Below are positions 1 through 12,443 of a stretch of 64,000 nucleotides of DNA, piece after piece (the stretch's first letter is position 1; the number at the start of each line of letters is the position of its first letter). A program made the translations under genes and the position numbers. The notes beneath the pieces were generated by a model that searched no databases, was not told where the DNA came from, and saw only the letters and a list, made by a program, of their open reading frames with translations. Origin of the DNA: Takakia lepidozioides (lineage: Eukaryota > Plantae > Bryophyta); assembly GCA_030704615.1 (NCBI GenBank), contig CM060732.1, positions 82,770,001 to 82,834,000 of the forward strand. The letters run 5' to 3'.

Positions 1-205
1 CTGTTGCTGTTTTCATTTTGCAAAGATTTGAACTGTTGGTGGCATAATTTCCACACGAGCGTTGCAGTTCCAATGGGTGCCATACAAGACCGAAGAGCTG
101 AGACTTCACACATCAAAGCATTCTTGATTGTTTTTTGCACCTGTAGTCTGTCAGTCATTTATGTTCTGTCAGCTTCACTTCAAAATATTTTCCTTGTGTT
201 TCCAG

Positions 206-1503
206 GAAGGGTGATTATTACCGCTATTTGGCAGAGTTCAAGACAGCAAATGAGAGAAAAGAAGCTGCTGACCAGTCTCTCAAAGCATACCAGGTGATAT
301 ATCCTTTCCCTCACATCTTATGAACTAAGGTCTATGTTGGCAAAAGCCTTCTCTAGAGTCTGAGTTTTATGTGTCCCTGAGGTGTCTCATGAATTTCTGC
401 ATTGACCGGTGCTCGTACTTGTACTAAATGGTCCATTGAAACAGTCAGGCATACTTAATATAATGTGTGCTGAGGCCGTGTGGACATGGGAATATTTGAT
501 GTACCCCAGAGGTTTCCTTTAAAAAACTCTTCTACTTGTTGAATTTTGTGCAGGCTGCTTCCAACACAGCAGTCACAGACTTGGCTCCAACTCATCCAAT
601 CAGGCTGGGGCTTGCACTTAACTTCTCAGTTTTCTATTATGAGATTCTCAACTCACCTGAGCGGTAAGTGCATCATGTAGAGGACATGATCAGTTGTGTC
701 CAGACTACAGTAATTTCTACCTAAATGTTACTGCAACCTAAACATCAACATGCCAAACCAGCTGCATGACACTACAGAGATACTCCAGAAAGAATCATAG
801 ACCCCAACAATAACCACCCAGCCTAAGTATTGAGATTCATGACAGAAAATAGCAACCCTAGAGCTTGCCAACCAGATACCAGACTAAGGAGGAATTAAAC
901 TGGGAACCAAGCTCCACCCTGCAGATATAGCTACCAGCAGCATTCAGAGATCACTAGCACCCACTGTAGATGTATGGGTCAGTGACATGTTGGTGTGTAA
1001 AGTGGGAATATTGGCCATAAAGAAACTTGACATGACTGACTTGGTGCATACTGCAGAGCTTGCCATTTGGCCAAACAAGCATTCGACGAAGCTATCGCAG
1101 AGCTTGACACTCTAAGCGAAGAGTCATACAAGGATAGTACATTGATCATGCAGCTTCTCAGGGATAACCTCACTCTTTGGACTTCAGATCTGCAGGAGGA
1201 TGGAGGTGAGAGTTGAATTATGTTTGCTGAAGTTTCACATTTTGTGCAGGTGTTCATCACTACTAAGCTCCAGTTGTGAGTCACAAACTTGACAAATTCA
1301 ATTTGGTTGCTCGGCTGACTTGTTTTTCCAATCACTTGTTTTCGGCCATAGTGTTTGCTGTCACCAGGGATGTTTTCTTCTGCCTCTCCTTGGAACATGT
1401 ATCTACTTAGAAATTACCCTGAAAGGTGGCATTTCCATCATTGTCAGGTGATGACCAGCCGAAAGGTGATGATGCGGCAAGGGCTGAAGAAGCAGAGGTA
1501 TAA
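206..1503 (+). CDS. GRF: 14-3-3 protein (epsilon-like), 3' part; exons 206-293, 554-663, 1057-1205, 1448-1503; 5' exons lie outside the window
   Basis: Spliced translation [12 protein letters not shown]...KAYQ / [37 protein letters not shown] / [44 protein letters not shown] is the canonical 14-3-3 C-terminal half; all junctions are GT-AG and in phase. Confidence 0.96.
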
Positions 1504-3920
1504 GATCATTTCAACCCACACCATGAGATTCTGAAGCAATGACATGGTCTGTGTGTTCAGCACATACTTCTTAAGGTTGATGCCTGTTGGGAATGAAAGA
1601 AGGTTTCTTCTGCAAAGTGTCTGGAAGAAATAAAGCAACAGTGAGCTTGTGAACTAGTGTCCATAGACTTGTTGATAGCTGTAGTTTGCCAGTTGCTAGT
1701 TGCCAAGTGTTTGCTCATATGTTCCTGGGGTTAGAGGGTTCCGGCTCTCTGATCGAGCTTACAGACAGTAGGGACATCTGCACCTTTAGGGCATTTCTGG
1801 TGTAGCCAAATTCGAATGAGGATGTTTTCCTTTTAGGTGAATTTGTTTTTCCTGTGTTCACAACGTAGTAATATATTGTTTCTTTGATGTGCAGTGAAAA
1901 CCTCAGTTGTCACTGCAAATCTAAAACAAACCTAGCAGAGAGGCGAGCACCAGAAGGTTGGGCCTTTGGCAGGGCCTTTCAGCAGTTCCAGGCTGCTAGC
2001 TGATGCATATTTTGCCTTTCTTTGGCAATGTTACTGGACCTGGTGTCAGTTTCTTTGAGTGGTCATATACCTACAAAGGATCCTATAATGAAATGAAAGA
2101 ATTCTATCATATCCTTCGCAACCATGCCTCGGATGTTTTGAAACAGGATGGATGCTTTTTCTCAAGCATGTTGGTTTGTTGATTCTCAAACGAGGGTAAG
2201 ATTGCAGCTTCTGTGTTATTTAAGGAGCCCTTCTTATTCTCCTCTTTTGTGACCGTGAAGTTAGGCTGTTGTGCAGGTCAGCTGGTGCTTCTCTGTTACT
2301 ACAGACTTCCATGTAGGAATCAGGATTTTTTCTTTTGAAGTTTTTGTATAAAGGTTGGGGGAAAAATTCTTCATTAACTGATTGTTTTCCAAGCTGGACA
2401 AAACTGAGTCTATGTTGATATCTGCAGAATGCATATTGGCATGCTCAGTCTACAAGTCATGAGTTTCCTTCTATTATGTTTTAGCTGCAAGTGAGTGTTC
2501 TTGTGCAGACTTGGTCATCAAGATGACATGCTGACCTCTCCAAAACTGGGTGACCTCATTCACAGTGTGGACGAATGGAGTGTAGAAGGTGATGCCAGCA
2601 CTATGCCACTTTTGGTAGTTTAAACGTCTGTGAGTAGGCTTGCGTGCTAAAATTTGTGGGACCTAAGGTGTAAGCAAATAGTGCTCTAGAATGTAGTAGT
2701 GATATGCACATGTGCTAAGGACCTAGATCATTTAAATTCTGCCAATAGCCTACTTCGGGATAGTCTGGTTCATCATACATGTCCCATTCTGGGAGTTATG
2801 TGCAGAGAATTGACCCTCTGCAAATTTTTCTCTTTGCGGGGTCCCTTTGTGTGGGGCACAGGGACAGTTTCTTTTCCATATTCTTGGTTTTTCTCCACTC
2901 CATCGTCCATCCTACTGTTATCCGTCGATTCATCCATCTTGCGCTTTCCTATACTGGGGAAACATGTTCACAAGATAAGGTGAATATAAAAATTCCCAGT
3001 AAGTGCTATTTATTCACGTCAATGTACCAGTCCCTATCTATATATATAGTGTGCTGGGCGGCATGTCAGCAATATTCTGGCCTAGACTAGTTCTCACCCA
3101 TTCTTCAGGTCGAAGTCTCAACACCCCCTGGAGAGTTATGTTGCGGTTTTAATGGCTCCTTAAATTTATTATTATTATTATTATGTCTTTTACTTTGAAC
3201 TAAGGATACCGCCTTACTGGTTACTTAGTATCATGCCTATGCCTGACCATCTTTTCCATCAATTTTAGAATGTCTTCAGAGCGTCATTAGTATAGGTATA
3301 GGTAGACCCCTCTCTGTAGACATCGCCATGGCAGTATAGCCTCTTGATTGGTACGACTATGAGTAAGTCATTGTCATTGACACCTAAATGCCTGTATAAT
3401 AGCAATTTGGGCCCAACGTAAACTTTCGCACATGCTGACAGCCATATGTAATCACCTCTGAGGATGGACCAAAAGTGGTTGTTGAAGGTCAATGAAATTG
3501 CAACCTTGTCTTCAAAAATATGTGGTCAGTTCCATTGGCTATTGGCCCTTTCCTGACTGTGGTATGCACAGAAACAGGCCGGCGAGATCGAGCATGGACC
3601 ATGAATCCCTCCTTCTGCCCATGCCACTAAACCCTACTGGTGCATGAGCAGGCTGGTGTTTGCATGCATCTAAGTATGTTGGTGAGACTTTTCTTGGAGC
3701 CACTAGCATCCTTATGTGCTTGTTGCTTAAAAAAACCTCACTTAACTTTAGGTTTCAGACTTTTCGCCCAATATTGATAGTTTAAAGGCTTCCTAGGTAA
3801 ATGTAATAGGTAATGAATTGAAACTTTTTCCTTAAAGTTTGTTTCTTAACATCTATCCTTTAAAAAATTGAAAAAAAAACGTCCAGTAAATTTACAGAGC
3901 GTAACCTTCTTAAAAAGTTA

Positions 3921-4790
3921 CTAGGGTAGCCTGTGCCGTTGGCCAAAGTGTCCAGTGGCATCTAAGCCCACGTACAATCTCCTATGTATCCAAGCGCATC
4001 TCCCATGTGGAGGCCCAAGTGCGACCTCTAGGGTAGCTTGTGCCGTTGGCCCATGTGTGAATAATTGAAATCTAAAACAGTGTGCAATTTCTTATGTATC
4101 CTAGTGTGTCTCCTATGTCAATGCCAATCTAAGCCCCGTGTGCAATCTTTTATGTATCCAAGTGCATCTCTTGTGTAGAGGCCCAAGTCTCCACTGTCAG
4201 ACCAAGTGCAATTGCGTACAAATCCAGTGCATCTCCTATGTCAAGGCCCAAGTGCGACATCTAATGTAACCTACGCCCTATGTATCAGAGACCCTACTGT
4301 TTGGGAGATCTTGGGTAGCCTATGCCACTGGCCCATGTGTGAAGAATTGAAATCTAAGAGCAATCTCCTATGTGTCTCACATGTAGAGGCCCAAGTGCAA
4401 CCCTCCAGTGTCCAATATCACCTAAGTCAAGTGCAATCCCAAGCCCACTTTGCTATTTTTGCAATCTCCCCTGTCGAGGCTTCATATATTGATACATCCA
4501 CTTAGCTATTTTTTGCGAATTTCCAGCGACCAAAAGCACTCGACGTTCTAAATCCCCCATGTGAAGGGCCAATCATTGCTCTAGGAAAGCCCACTTTGCT
4601 ATTTTTTGTGAATTTCGAGCGACCCAAAGTACTTGAAATTCCACATCTCCCACACCGCCGGTCCAAAAATCATGAGACCAAGCCCGGGCACCGGGGCTGG
4701 GCCCTGCAGTTTGGAAGATCTCAACGACGCTACAAACAAAACAAAACAAAACAAAACAAACATCTGGATTCATATATTGATGTTTCTCTG
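3921..4790 (+). repeat. Dispersed repeat (non-autonomous TE-like) built from ~100-120 bp internal subrepeats; copy 1
   Basis: Recurrent gggtagcctgtgccgttggccc, caatctcctatgtatcc and gaggcccaagtgc motifs; reverse-complement copy at 63290-64000 (both translate AIFAISP.EASYID.ST and LFFVNF.RPKVLEIP). Confidence 0.8.
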
Positions 4791-5310
4791 TAGGTAGCTG
4801 TGAACCCACAAAAGGATAGTGAAATAAATAATAATAGGAATAGTAATAAATCTTCCCCAATAGCCATAGCAACGCCATGTATGAAGTATGAACGCCTTCC
4901 ATCCCTTTGATATTTAGACTAAACATACTCAAACTACTAAGCGGTCGCACAGAACATTAACTAACAGAAAAGAACCTGTTTTCAGGTAACTAACCCGGAA
5001 AATTGATGTGAAGTGGCCGCACTGTACCACAACATGGTTAGCTGACGAACTATTAGAGTTTTCCTCCAGTAATTCATAACAAATTTCCTTAAAATAGAAG
5101 GAAAAGCACAACTGGGTCAAATGTGCCCTGGTGCCGCGCTATGACTGCCCGCACTTTGGCCTGTGGGTCCGGGGTTCAAACTTTCAAACTCCTGTGCTGC
5201 CTTCGGGCTGGGGCTTCGTGTTGCCTCAATGGCTCAGAAAGTGGCTCCCCAGGGTTTCTTGGGAAAAAAAACATGTTTAATATCTTTTCTTTTCTTTTTT
5301 TCTGTTTTTG

Positions 5311-5531
5311 AAAGGGGAGCTATAGCTCACAAATTAGGCCCCTTAATTATAGTGAGAGGAGAAAATAACCTCTTTCACAGTAACCTTGCCGTGAAGGCTT
5401 TTGCATGGGACACTGCCCGAGGGAAGGGGGAGAAGAAACATACCACACCAGTCAAGGTAGCAGGATTTGACCCCAGAACCATCTGGGTAGCACTTAGTGC
5501 ACTATCCAACTAAGCTACTGACTATTGGTTT
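5311..5531 (-). mobile_element. tRNA-derived SINE family A, copy 1
   Basis: Minus strand has A-box TAGCTTAGTTGG and B-box-like GGGTCAAATCC; body matches 7052-7285 (GGTTACTGTGAAAGAGGTTATTTTCTCCTCTCACT). Confidence 0.7.
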
Positions 5532-5587
5532 AATCTTTTTTTCTAAAACTAGAAAGAACTCTTGCCATTAGGTTTTCTTTTTTCTTA

Positions 5588-6011
5588 GGGCCGTACCAAA
5601 CTAGCGGCATACCAGCGACACTGTTGGGGACGTTGCAGGCTAGGGATTGTTGGATGATATAGGTCCATGCCACCAAGTGGCAATGAATCGGCTATCACAC
5701 TATAGCAAAAGCCCAGCGGCAAAAAAATCTGTGGGAGAGACCATCGTTCGACGGGGTTGGAGACAAAAGCTTCGCGCTGGTGGGAGAATCGCATCACGAC
5801 AAAATGTCTTCCTAAAATTGTGGATTTCCAGGGGACACTGCTTGGAAATCCGTATTTCACGGTATTGTGACATGTAGGTGCCAGGTGGGAGCCTCTCCGT
5901 CGGCAGCTGCCGCTAGTGTGGTAGGCAGAGCGGCACTGCCTTCCCTTAAACCAATAGGAGGGTCCAAAATTGAGTGCTGCTGCCCCTCTTGCCGCTAGTG
6001 TGGTACGGCCC
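5588..6011. mobile_element. PIF/Harbinger (Tourist-like) MITE
   Basis: TIRs GGGCCGTACCA(A/C)ACTAGCGGCA at both ends; TTA target-site duplication (5585-5587, 6012-6014). Confidence 0.85.
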
Positions 6012-6278
6012 TTACTAGGTCCTACTGGATATTGAAATGTTACCTCTACCATAATAAGTTTACCAGGAAACCTGGGAGCGACTGCTCACAATTCAGGCCC
6101 TTGATTCTATATTTTCCAACTTTCTTAAAACTGGGGTCGACATCGACACTATCGATCAAATTAAAAAGTTGAAAAATAAACCTTGCGATGAAGCTTGTAG
6201 GACTTGTACATATGGACTCTTGTGCTTCTAGAAAGGAGATTGAAAGACTAACAGGGGTAACTTACTACGGGTCCTTTC

Positions 6279-7024
6279 CAGTGTTGTACTGGTATTGAAT
6301 TTTTAATATACCAGTCGGGTCTGGGTATTGCTTTGTTATGAAATTAGAACCAGGGTATCAACCTAAATATTGTAGGATCTGGTTTTTCAAATACAATATT
6401 GGTATAAGTATTTGCTTTGGCACTGGTGGGGACGTGGTATCAATAATTGGGGTAATGTTTTGCAGTGCCAGGGGTATATATCAACCCGGGTATCAATATT
6501 TTTTGCACCCATCATACACAACCTGAAAGCCTAGCCAAAACAGCAACATGCAGCGCACAATAGAGAATGACTAGCCAAATCACAAACATACAACCTGAAT
6601 ATACAAACAAAAACATACATACAAAGCTTGAATGCAAGAAAATGCAGGAAAATTGTCCCAAAAGAATTCATAGGAATATGCCAATGCATTGTTGTAGTTG
6701 CAGAAAGCTAGAATATGCTAATCTGATTAGTAGAATGCCTAAATCTGATCTTCTACGGAGCAACCACCATCCCTCATAATGTGGAAAACCCTACCCAGGA
6801 TTCACCAATTTTTTTGGGCCAATCTGTGTCTCAATACTGGTATCGCAGGAAGAATGCAAGCCAGTTCTCAATATCAACATGGTATAGCCTGGAGTGATAT
6901 TAGTGTGACTTGGGTCGAACCCAGGTATTACCGCCACGACCTACTCGACTAGGTAGGTTTTGCGATACCAGGTTGATACCCATTATTGATACCCCAGTTG
7001 AACACCAATACCAGTACAACACTG
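6279..7024. mobile_element. hAT-type MITE, copy 1
   Basis: TIRs CAGTGTTGTACTGGTATTG...CAATACCAGTACAACACTG; 8-bp TSD gtcctttc / gtcctgtc. Confidence 0.85.
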
Positions 7025-7051
7025 GTCCTGTCCCATTGGAAAGAAAGCATA

Positions 7052-7285
7052 AACCAACAGTCAGTAGCTCAGTTGGTTAATTGCACTGCGTGCCGCCCAG
7101 ATGAGTCTGGGTCAAATCTTGCTACTGAGGGGTGTGGTATACTCTTCTCCCCTGTTCCTTGGTAGTGTCCCATTCCTACGCCTTCATGGCGCGGTTACTG
7201 TGAAAGAGGTTATTTTCTCCTCTCACTGTTAAGGGCCTGATTTATGAGCTGTCGCTCCCAGGTGTTTCCCTTTTTTCTTTTTTTT
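7052..7285 (+). mobile_element. tRNA-derived SINE family A, copy 2
   Basis: A-box TAGCTCAGTTGG, B-box-like GGGTCAAATC; body shared with 5311-5531; T-rich end. Confidence 0.7.
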
Positions 7286-7480
7286 AAAAGCATAAAATAA
7301 CAAAAGTACTTTTTGTTCTCCGTCCCCTTTTTATTTTTAAGATAAAATATATAGGCTTTGAGTTTTGTTTCTGTTTTCTTTATATTTACAGAAATAGAGC
7401 AGCACACTGCGTATAGTAAGCAGCGCGATAGAGAGGCAGCCTGAGACACAGACACACATCGAGGAGAGAGAGGGAGGCAG

Positions 7481-8662
7481 ATGATGGACCCGAGGGTGTG
7501 GAGCGAGCTCCCTTCCGAGTTGTTGGAGGAGCGTGTTTTGACGTTCCTGCCATACGCAAGACTTGGGAGATTTCGGCGTGTGTGCAAGCAATGGGATTCA
7601 CTTATTTCTAATCCACGCTTCCTGGGGCTCCGCAAACAAGTCCCTCTTGGGAATAATGCGCCATGCTTTCTATTTTTCTCGGATTTCAAACTGCTAGTTT
7701 TCGATCCATTTGCTGGTGGCTGGACCAGCATCGACCTCAAATTCCTTCAACAGCATTTGCCTGATATTGAGATCGAAACGGTCTCCTATTACACGAAGGC
7801 ATTCCACTATGACAGAGGTACGACACACAAACTTATGGCCGCAGCAGGTTATGCTTTTGTTCTCTTCAGGTTATAATCGAACACAGTACACTGTGTGCAA
7901 CCCGCTCTCCAAATGCTGGAGACAATTGCCAGAGCTACTTTACGCGGATAGTGAGTTCACTCCTTTTACCGTGCAATTGGTGGTGGACAAGACCGGCTCC
8001 TACAAGATTCTTGTGGTAAACACGGGTCGTCTGGATTTTTTTCTCAGGAGTCAGTCATGTAAAATGTATGTGTATGACTCAATCTCGAACTCTTGGAATG
8101 AAACTGGAAGCATGCCTGTATTTTCGCGCCTGCCAGGCTTAATGCTAGTAACAAGCGTGATGTGCGGCGATGTTCTATACGCCATCTATTATGGATTGAC
8201 ATCCGAGCTACCTGGGAGATTGCTGGCATACAACATGTCCAGTGGTGTCTGGATCGAGGTGAATACAAGCTGCCCATGTCTCTATTCGAGCGGCGATACC
8301 TTGTGGAGAGCGGCGGACGCCTGTTGCTGGTTGGCACTCTGGGTTCAGAAGCAACTTTGGACCTCCCAAAAGCTCTAGGTTTGTGGGAACTCACGCCCTC
8401 CACCCGAGAGTGGAAGGAGTTGGGGAGGATTCCTCAACAATAGGAATTTTTTGCACATGATTATGGTCTGGGAAGCTCGCGTGCATGGAAAGCGGTAGCG
8501 CATGACGGTCTCATCCTGTTGAAGTTCAATCAGGCACGGACGTTGGTGTATGACTTGTGGCAAGCGTCGTGGAGCTGGCTTCCTTTGGCTCCGAACGAGA
8601 GTGTAGTTCAAAGAACAGAGTCCAGTTTTGTTAGCCATCTTGGTTTAGACATAAATGTGTAG
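7481..8662 (+). pseudogene. F-box/kelch(FBA)-like protein, disrupted (2 frameshifts plus in-frame TAG)
   Basis: F-box WSELPSELLEERVLTFLP...RFRRVCKQW, then VCNPLSKCWRQLP, VYDSISNSW and LVESGGRLLLVG repeats spread over three frames; shifts near 7850 and 8280; TAG at 8441-8443; natural stop 8660-8662. Confidence 0.85.
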
Positions 8663-9652
8663 TTATGTTCTGCAAATGTTCCTTGAGTGACGTTTCCTTA
8701 TGATTTGAGTCTATATGGGTGGATGAGCCCCTAGCAAGAATTAAACTTGCTATATAGATGCTTGTAGGAATGGTTCTGCCCAGATGTACCAACGGGTTTT
8801 GTATTCATGGAAACAAGTTTAAGATGCCCAATTTAAAGTAAAGTTGAAAGACAGTCATTGCATATGCCCTCAGTGTATCTTTTCTATCTTTCCAAAAGTT
8901 GAATGAATGTTTCCGTCCCATTAGTAAAATCTCGGATCTTCCAAAAAGAGAAAAAGAAAAAATGCCCTGCATTGCATCAGTGAGGGCTTTTGATTTGACA
9001 TGGATGGCTCCACCTTCACTCATGTGATTTATATCCTGCTACAAATTTTGCCAACTCCCTTATCAAATTACATAGCTTACTAACTTCAACAGTCACCTTT
9101 GGGGAGAGTGGCACCTTTTAGTCTTCATCTTGGGCCCTTTCTGTCCCCTCATGTCATGGGTCCTTTTCCAGGTCCAAATCTGGCGATTTTTCGCCAGATT
9201 GAAAAACACTGCCTGGGATTGAAACTCAGTTTTTTAACATTGATTTATTATGCTCAAGTTATATTCAAAATAGGCATATTCAATTTTAATTTCTTCTGGT
9301 AAAAATCTGATTGGTTTTATATTGGTTATGTTGCCAATGCATCTGAAATCCCTAGGAAAATTGCCATTCACCCTACCCTTATCCTACCTAGACATATTTA
9401 TCTGGCGGGTATACCGAATTACCCGGACCCGTCGACTAACCTTACCGTCAGGTTATATTTTGAGGGTCCCCGGTTATACCTCAACCCGGTATGTTCTACA
9501 AACGTGCATTACCCAGACTCAACCATCCCCTACCTTCCATTTGAAATGGAGGGTTCTTCTGCTGCAGGAGAATTGATGAGTCTAGAAAAGAATGGTATGA
9601 AGACATCCTGGAAGCTCAATCAGTACTAAGAGATACTAAGAGCCAACTTCTG

Positions 9653-9808
9653 ACAACCAACATCTAGCACAGTGGTAATGGGCACATACCACGTTGGAAG
9701 TGGTTGTGGGTCCAAACCACGGTCTGGTGTGTCATGAAGGTGTCCACCTTTCAGCCGGAAGGCAGTAGCCTTTGTGGTGAAGAGACAACGCTCCCTTGGG
9801 GACGCGTC
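9653..9808 (+). mobile_element. tRNA-derived SINE family B, copy 1
   Basis: TAGCACAGTGG A-box, GGGTCCAAACC B-box-like; colinear with 10676-10864. Confidence 0.7.
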
Positions 9809-10279
9809 TATATTCCATGTCATGGCGGTCGACCAAGTTTGCACTAGATGACAAAAATGACACCATGCTTCCATGCGCTAATTTTTGTTGGTGCCCAGAT
9901 ATGGGTGACCGACATCGGTGAGCGCAATACATGGGAACTTGGCGCCGAGTTCATGGCCAATATCGGTAATCATTTTTCACCTGTTGTATTGGGTTACCAT
10001 GTCTTTTTTACTTGCTGTAAAGGTCACCTTTGTGCACATTGCTTGCAGGGACTCGCCACACTCTTTGCTTGCGGGACCCAGCCTTTGCCCAGTGACCGGC
10101 TCAATTGGTCCGGGCCTTGGACAGCGAGGTAGACCTACTACCCGATGGCTTTTGAACCCTATGCACATAAAAGCACCCATCCATGCCACCAGTCGGCCAT
10201 GCTCCACCGACATCGGCGAACTTTGGATAATTGGCCAAGATGGCCGGGACATGGAAGTTGGCCCTAAGCCTTCTCCTCT

Positions 10280-11105
10280 GGATGGGGATGATGCTGAGGT
10301 CAATTGGAGGCACAAAAGAAGTTGAGGAAGGGGAAATCCAATACCCAATTAGAGAGAGAGAGAAGACTCCGGCCGAGGCCGGCGTAACTAAGAGCCATTT
10401 CGCCTCTAAGACCCAATTATCTTTTGATGCCCCCAAAAGAAAGAGAGGCAGCATGTAGATTCAATTCTGGTTGTCTCTTAGTTCTAGTTTCCCAGTTCTT
10501 CTATTTCTATTTTGCAGGTGAGTTTCATTGCAGATTGGCTCATTGCAGGCTGGCTATTAGGCATTAATGCCTTTCCCTACCAAGTAGCCCTCATTTTTCG
10601 ACTTATCTGTCCTGCAGGCTTGCACTAGTGTGGTAGTGCTCTAGTTTTTGCTCTTTGTTCTATCTTAGTCTCCCCCACAACCAAGTTGTAGCCCAGTGGT
10701 AATGGACACATACCACCTCGGAAGTGGTTGTGGATTCAATCCACCCTTGGTGTCACAAAGGTGTCCACCTTCCTAGCGGAAGGCAGTAACCCTTCGGGGG
10801 TGAAGAAACACCATAATTTACGCTTCCTTCGGGAGGCGTCAAATATTAAATATTAAATTAATAATTAGTCTCCCCTTAGTGCTGCAGACTCGCACTAGTG
10901 TTGTAGTGCAATGCTCTTTGCTGCAGCAGCTTACCTTAGTCTTTTCCTACTTCTATTTCTTGCTTCCTTGGAATTGTTGGCTCGGAGTGGAGCCTCATTC
11001 CTCCACCTTATGGCTCTTGTAAGGTTATGATTTCCTTTCCCTTATAATAAAGTTTTCCAGGGCTACAATCCCCCTGTTCTTTATTTTATTTTATTTTTTA
11101 AGAAA
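10280..11105 (+). mobile_element. Probable LINE-derived remnant hosting the SINE B insertion
   Basis: Short ORF end with EEVEEGEI; 3' tail AATAAAGTTTTCCAGGGC...CCCCTGTTCT resembles tails at ~19990-20020 and 20303-20370 (minus strand, with poly-A). Confidence 0.4.
10676..10864 (+). mobile_element. tRNA-derived SINE family B, copy 2 (full length, with TSD)
   Basis: A-box TAGCCCAGTGG, B-box GGATTCAATCC, AT-rich tail, 11-bp TSD ttagtctcccc (10665-10675, 10865-10875). Confidence 0.8.
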
Positions 11106-12443
11106 AAGCCCTGAACCAGTGGGTAAAGCTTTTCTCGAAATTCAGGTTACCCTTACCCTGAGGATAAATAAAAATTCAGTACCCGCTCAACACTGCAATA
11201 AACCCCCCTCCTGAGCCATGGAGGCCCCAAGGCATATTGATCTACATCATCCTGATGCCACACTAATTGTTTGTTTACACCTAACTAGGATGTGGATACA
11301 ACAAGTTTCCACAGAAATCCAAATGAAGTAGAGTTATCCATCAAATTCCATCAACTCAGGTGGACTCGACCCACTTCAAGGCGAAACTCGTGTCCAACTA
11401 GGATGCTTGTTTTTAGGCATTTTTGTCGTATTCAACTCGGGCCCAAACTCATAACACCTGCCCAAATGCACGTCCATGGAGTTTCGTGGTGAGTTTAGTG
11501 AGGGCCAGCCCCCAAGATGTGGTTTCTCAACTGTCTTTGCAGAAACTCCCTGAGTCAACCTGGTTTAAGAATTCTTAACAAATTTACGAAAGGGAAAGCA
11601 AACTCAGATTGAAATGGCGTTTTGCTGCTACCAGGTCCGAATTTACGTTAACTCTAATGTCGCATCCGTTTGAATACATGACATAGTAAGTTAGAGATGT
11701 TCTCTTCAACTTTTTATTGTAAGTCTACTGATTTGTATCACAGTTAAGCCGGAGCAAGAGCACCAACATTAACTGAATCCACAGAGTCAAGAATGAAAGT
11801 AAATGGATTGACAGCAGAGACTTTGAAGGTCCAAAGTGAAGATGCATCTGCGAATGGAGGATCGCCTAATCCAGACTCGCTAACTAAATCTACTATACAA
11901 AATCTTTGATTGCTACATATTTCGGTCATTTCGTGAATTATAGAGTTCACCTGTAGCAGGAGTCACTCTCAGCATCTTTGGTTTGGGTCCATAAAACTTG
12001 GGTCTTTTTTCTTTTCTTTTCATTCTTTTTTTTTAAGGAAATGGGACAGATGGGTCTTCCATGAGTGCAATTTAACATTTTAAGCCGTCAACTGAAGTAG
12101 GTGTAAATAAGCGCCTCTTCCCTTGAGGACACAATCTTCAACATTTAAAAAAAAAAAGGTTAGTTTTATGTTTCTGAACTCCCCAAGCGCCACAAAGTTG
12201 AATATTTGAAGAAATTCCTGCAATGACCTATTCAGCTTTGGGGGAATCCGACAAATAAAACAATCAAAACTCACAACAAAATTTGTGAATTGTGTAAAAC
12301 TAACATTCCCATAACACAAGTCACTTCTGTACTAACAAGGTCATGACATTTTGACATGTAATATGGTCTCATTTGTTTATATTTTCTCAAAAACTTAGAA
12401 CATTCCCCGCCACAAAACAAGAGCCTCCCTAACCCAATCATGC

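Noticed and set aside
1250-1266. Alternative 14-3-3 terminal exon (GVHHY*)
   Set aside because: Would need a 44-nt intron, too short to be likely.
7052-7130. tRNA gene (also 9653, 10676, 5460-5531)
   Set aside because: A/B boxes are present but no proper cloverleaf; followed by shared non-tRNA bodies and, in one case, a TSD, so these are SINE heads.
8441-8443. Premature stops repaired by U-to-C editing (also 34326, 41758, 58379)
   Set aside because: Such editing is organellar; these are nuclear genes that also carry frameshifts. C-to-T decay is simpler.
10750-10840. Hammerhead or hairpin ribozyme in SINE B
   Set aside because: No CUGANGA/GAAA core or complete hairpin-ribozyme loop B; kept only as an unassigned structured RNA.
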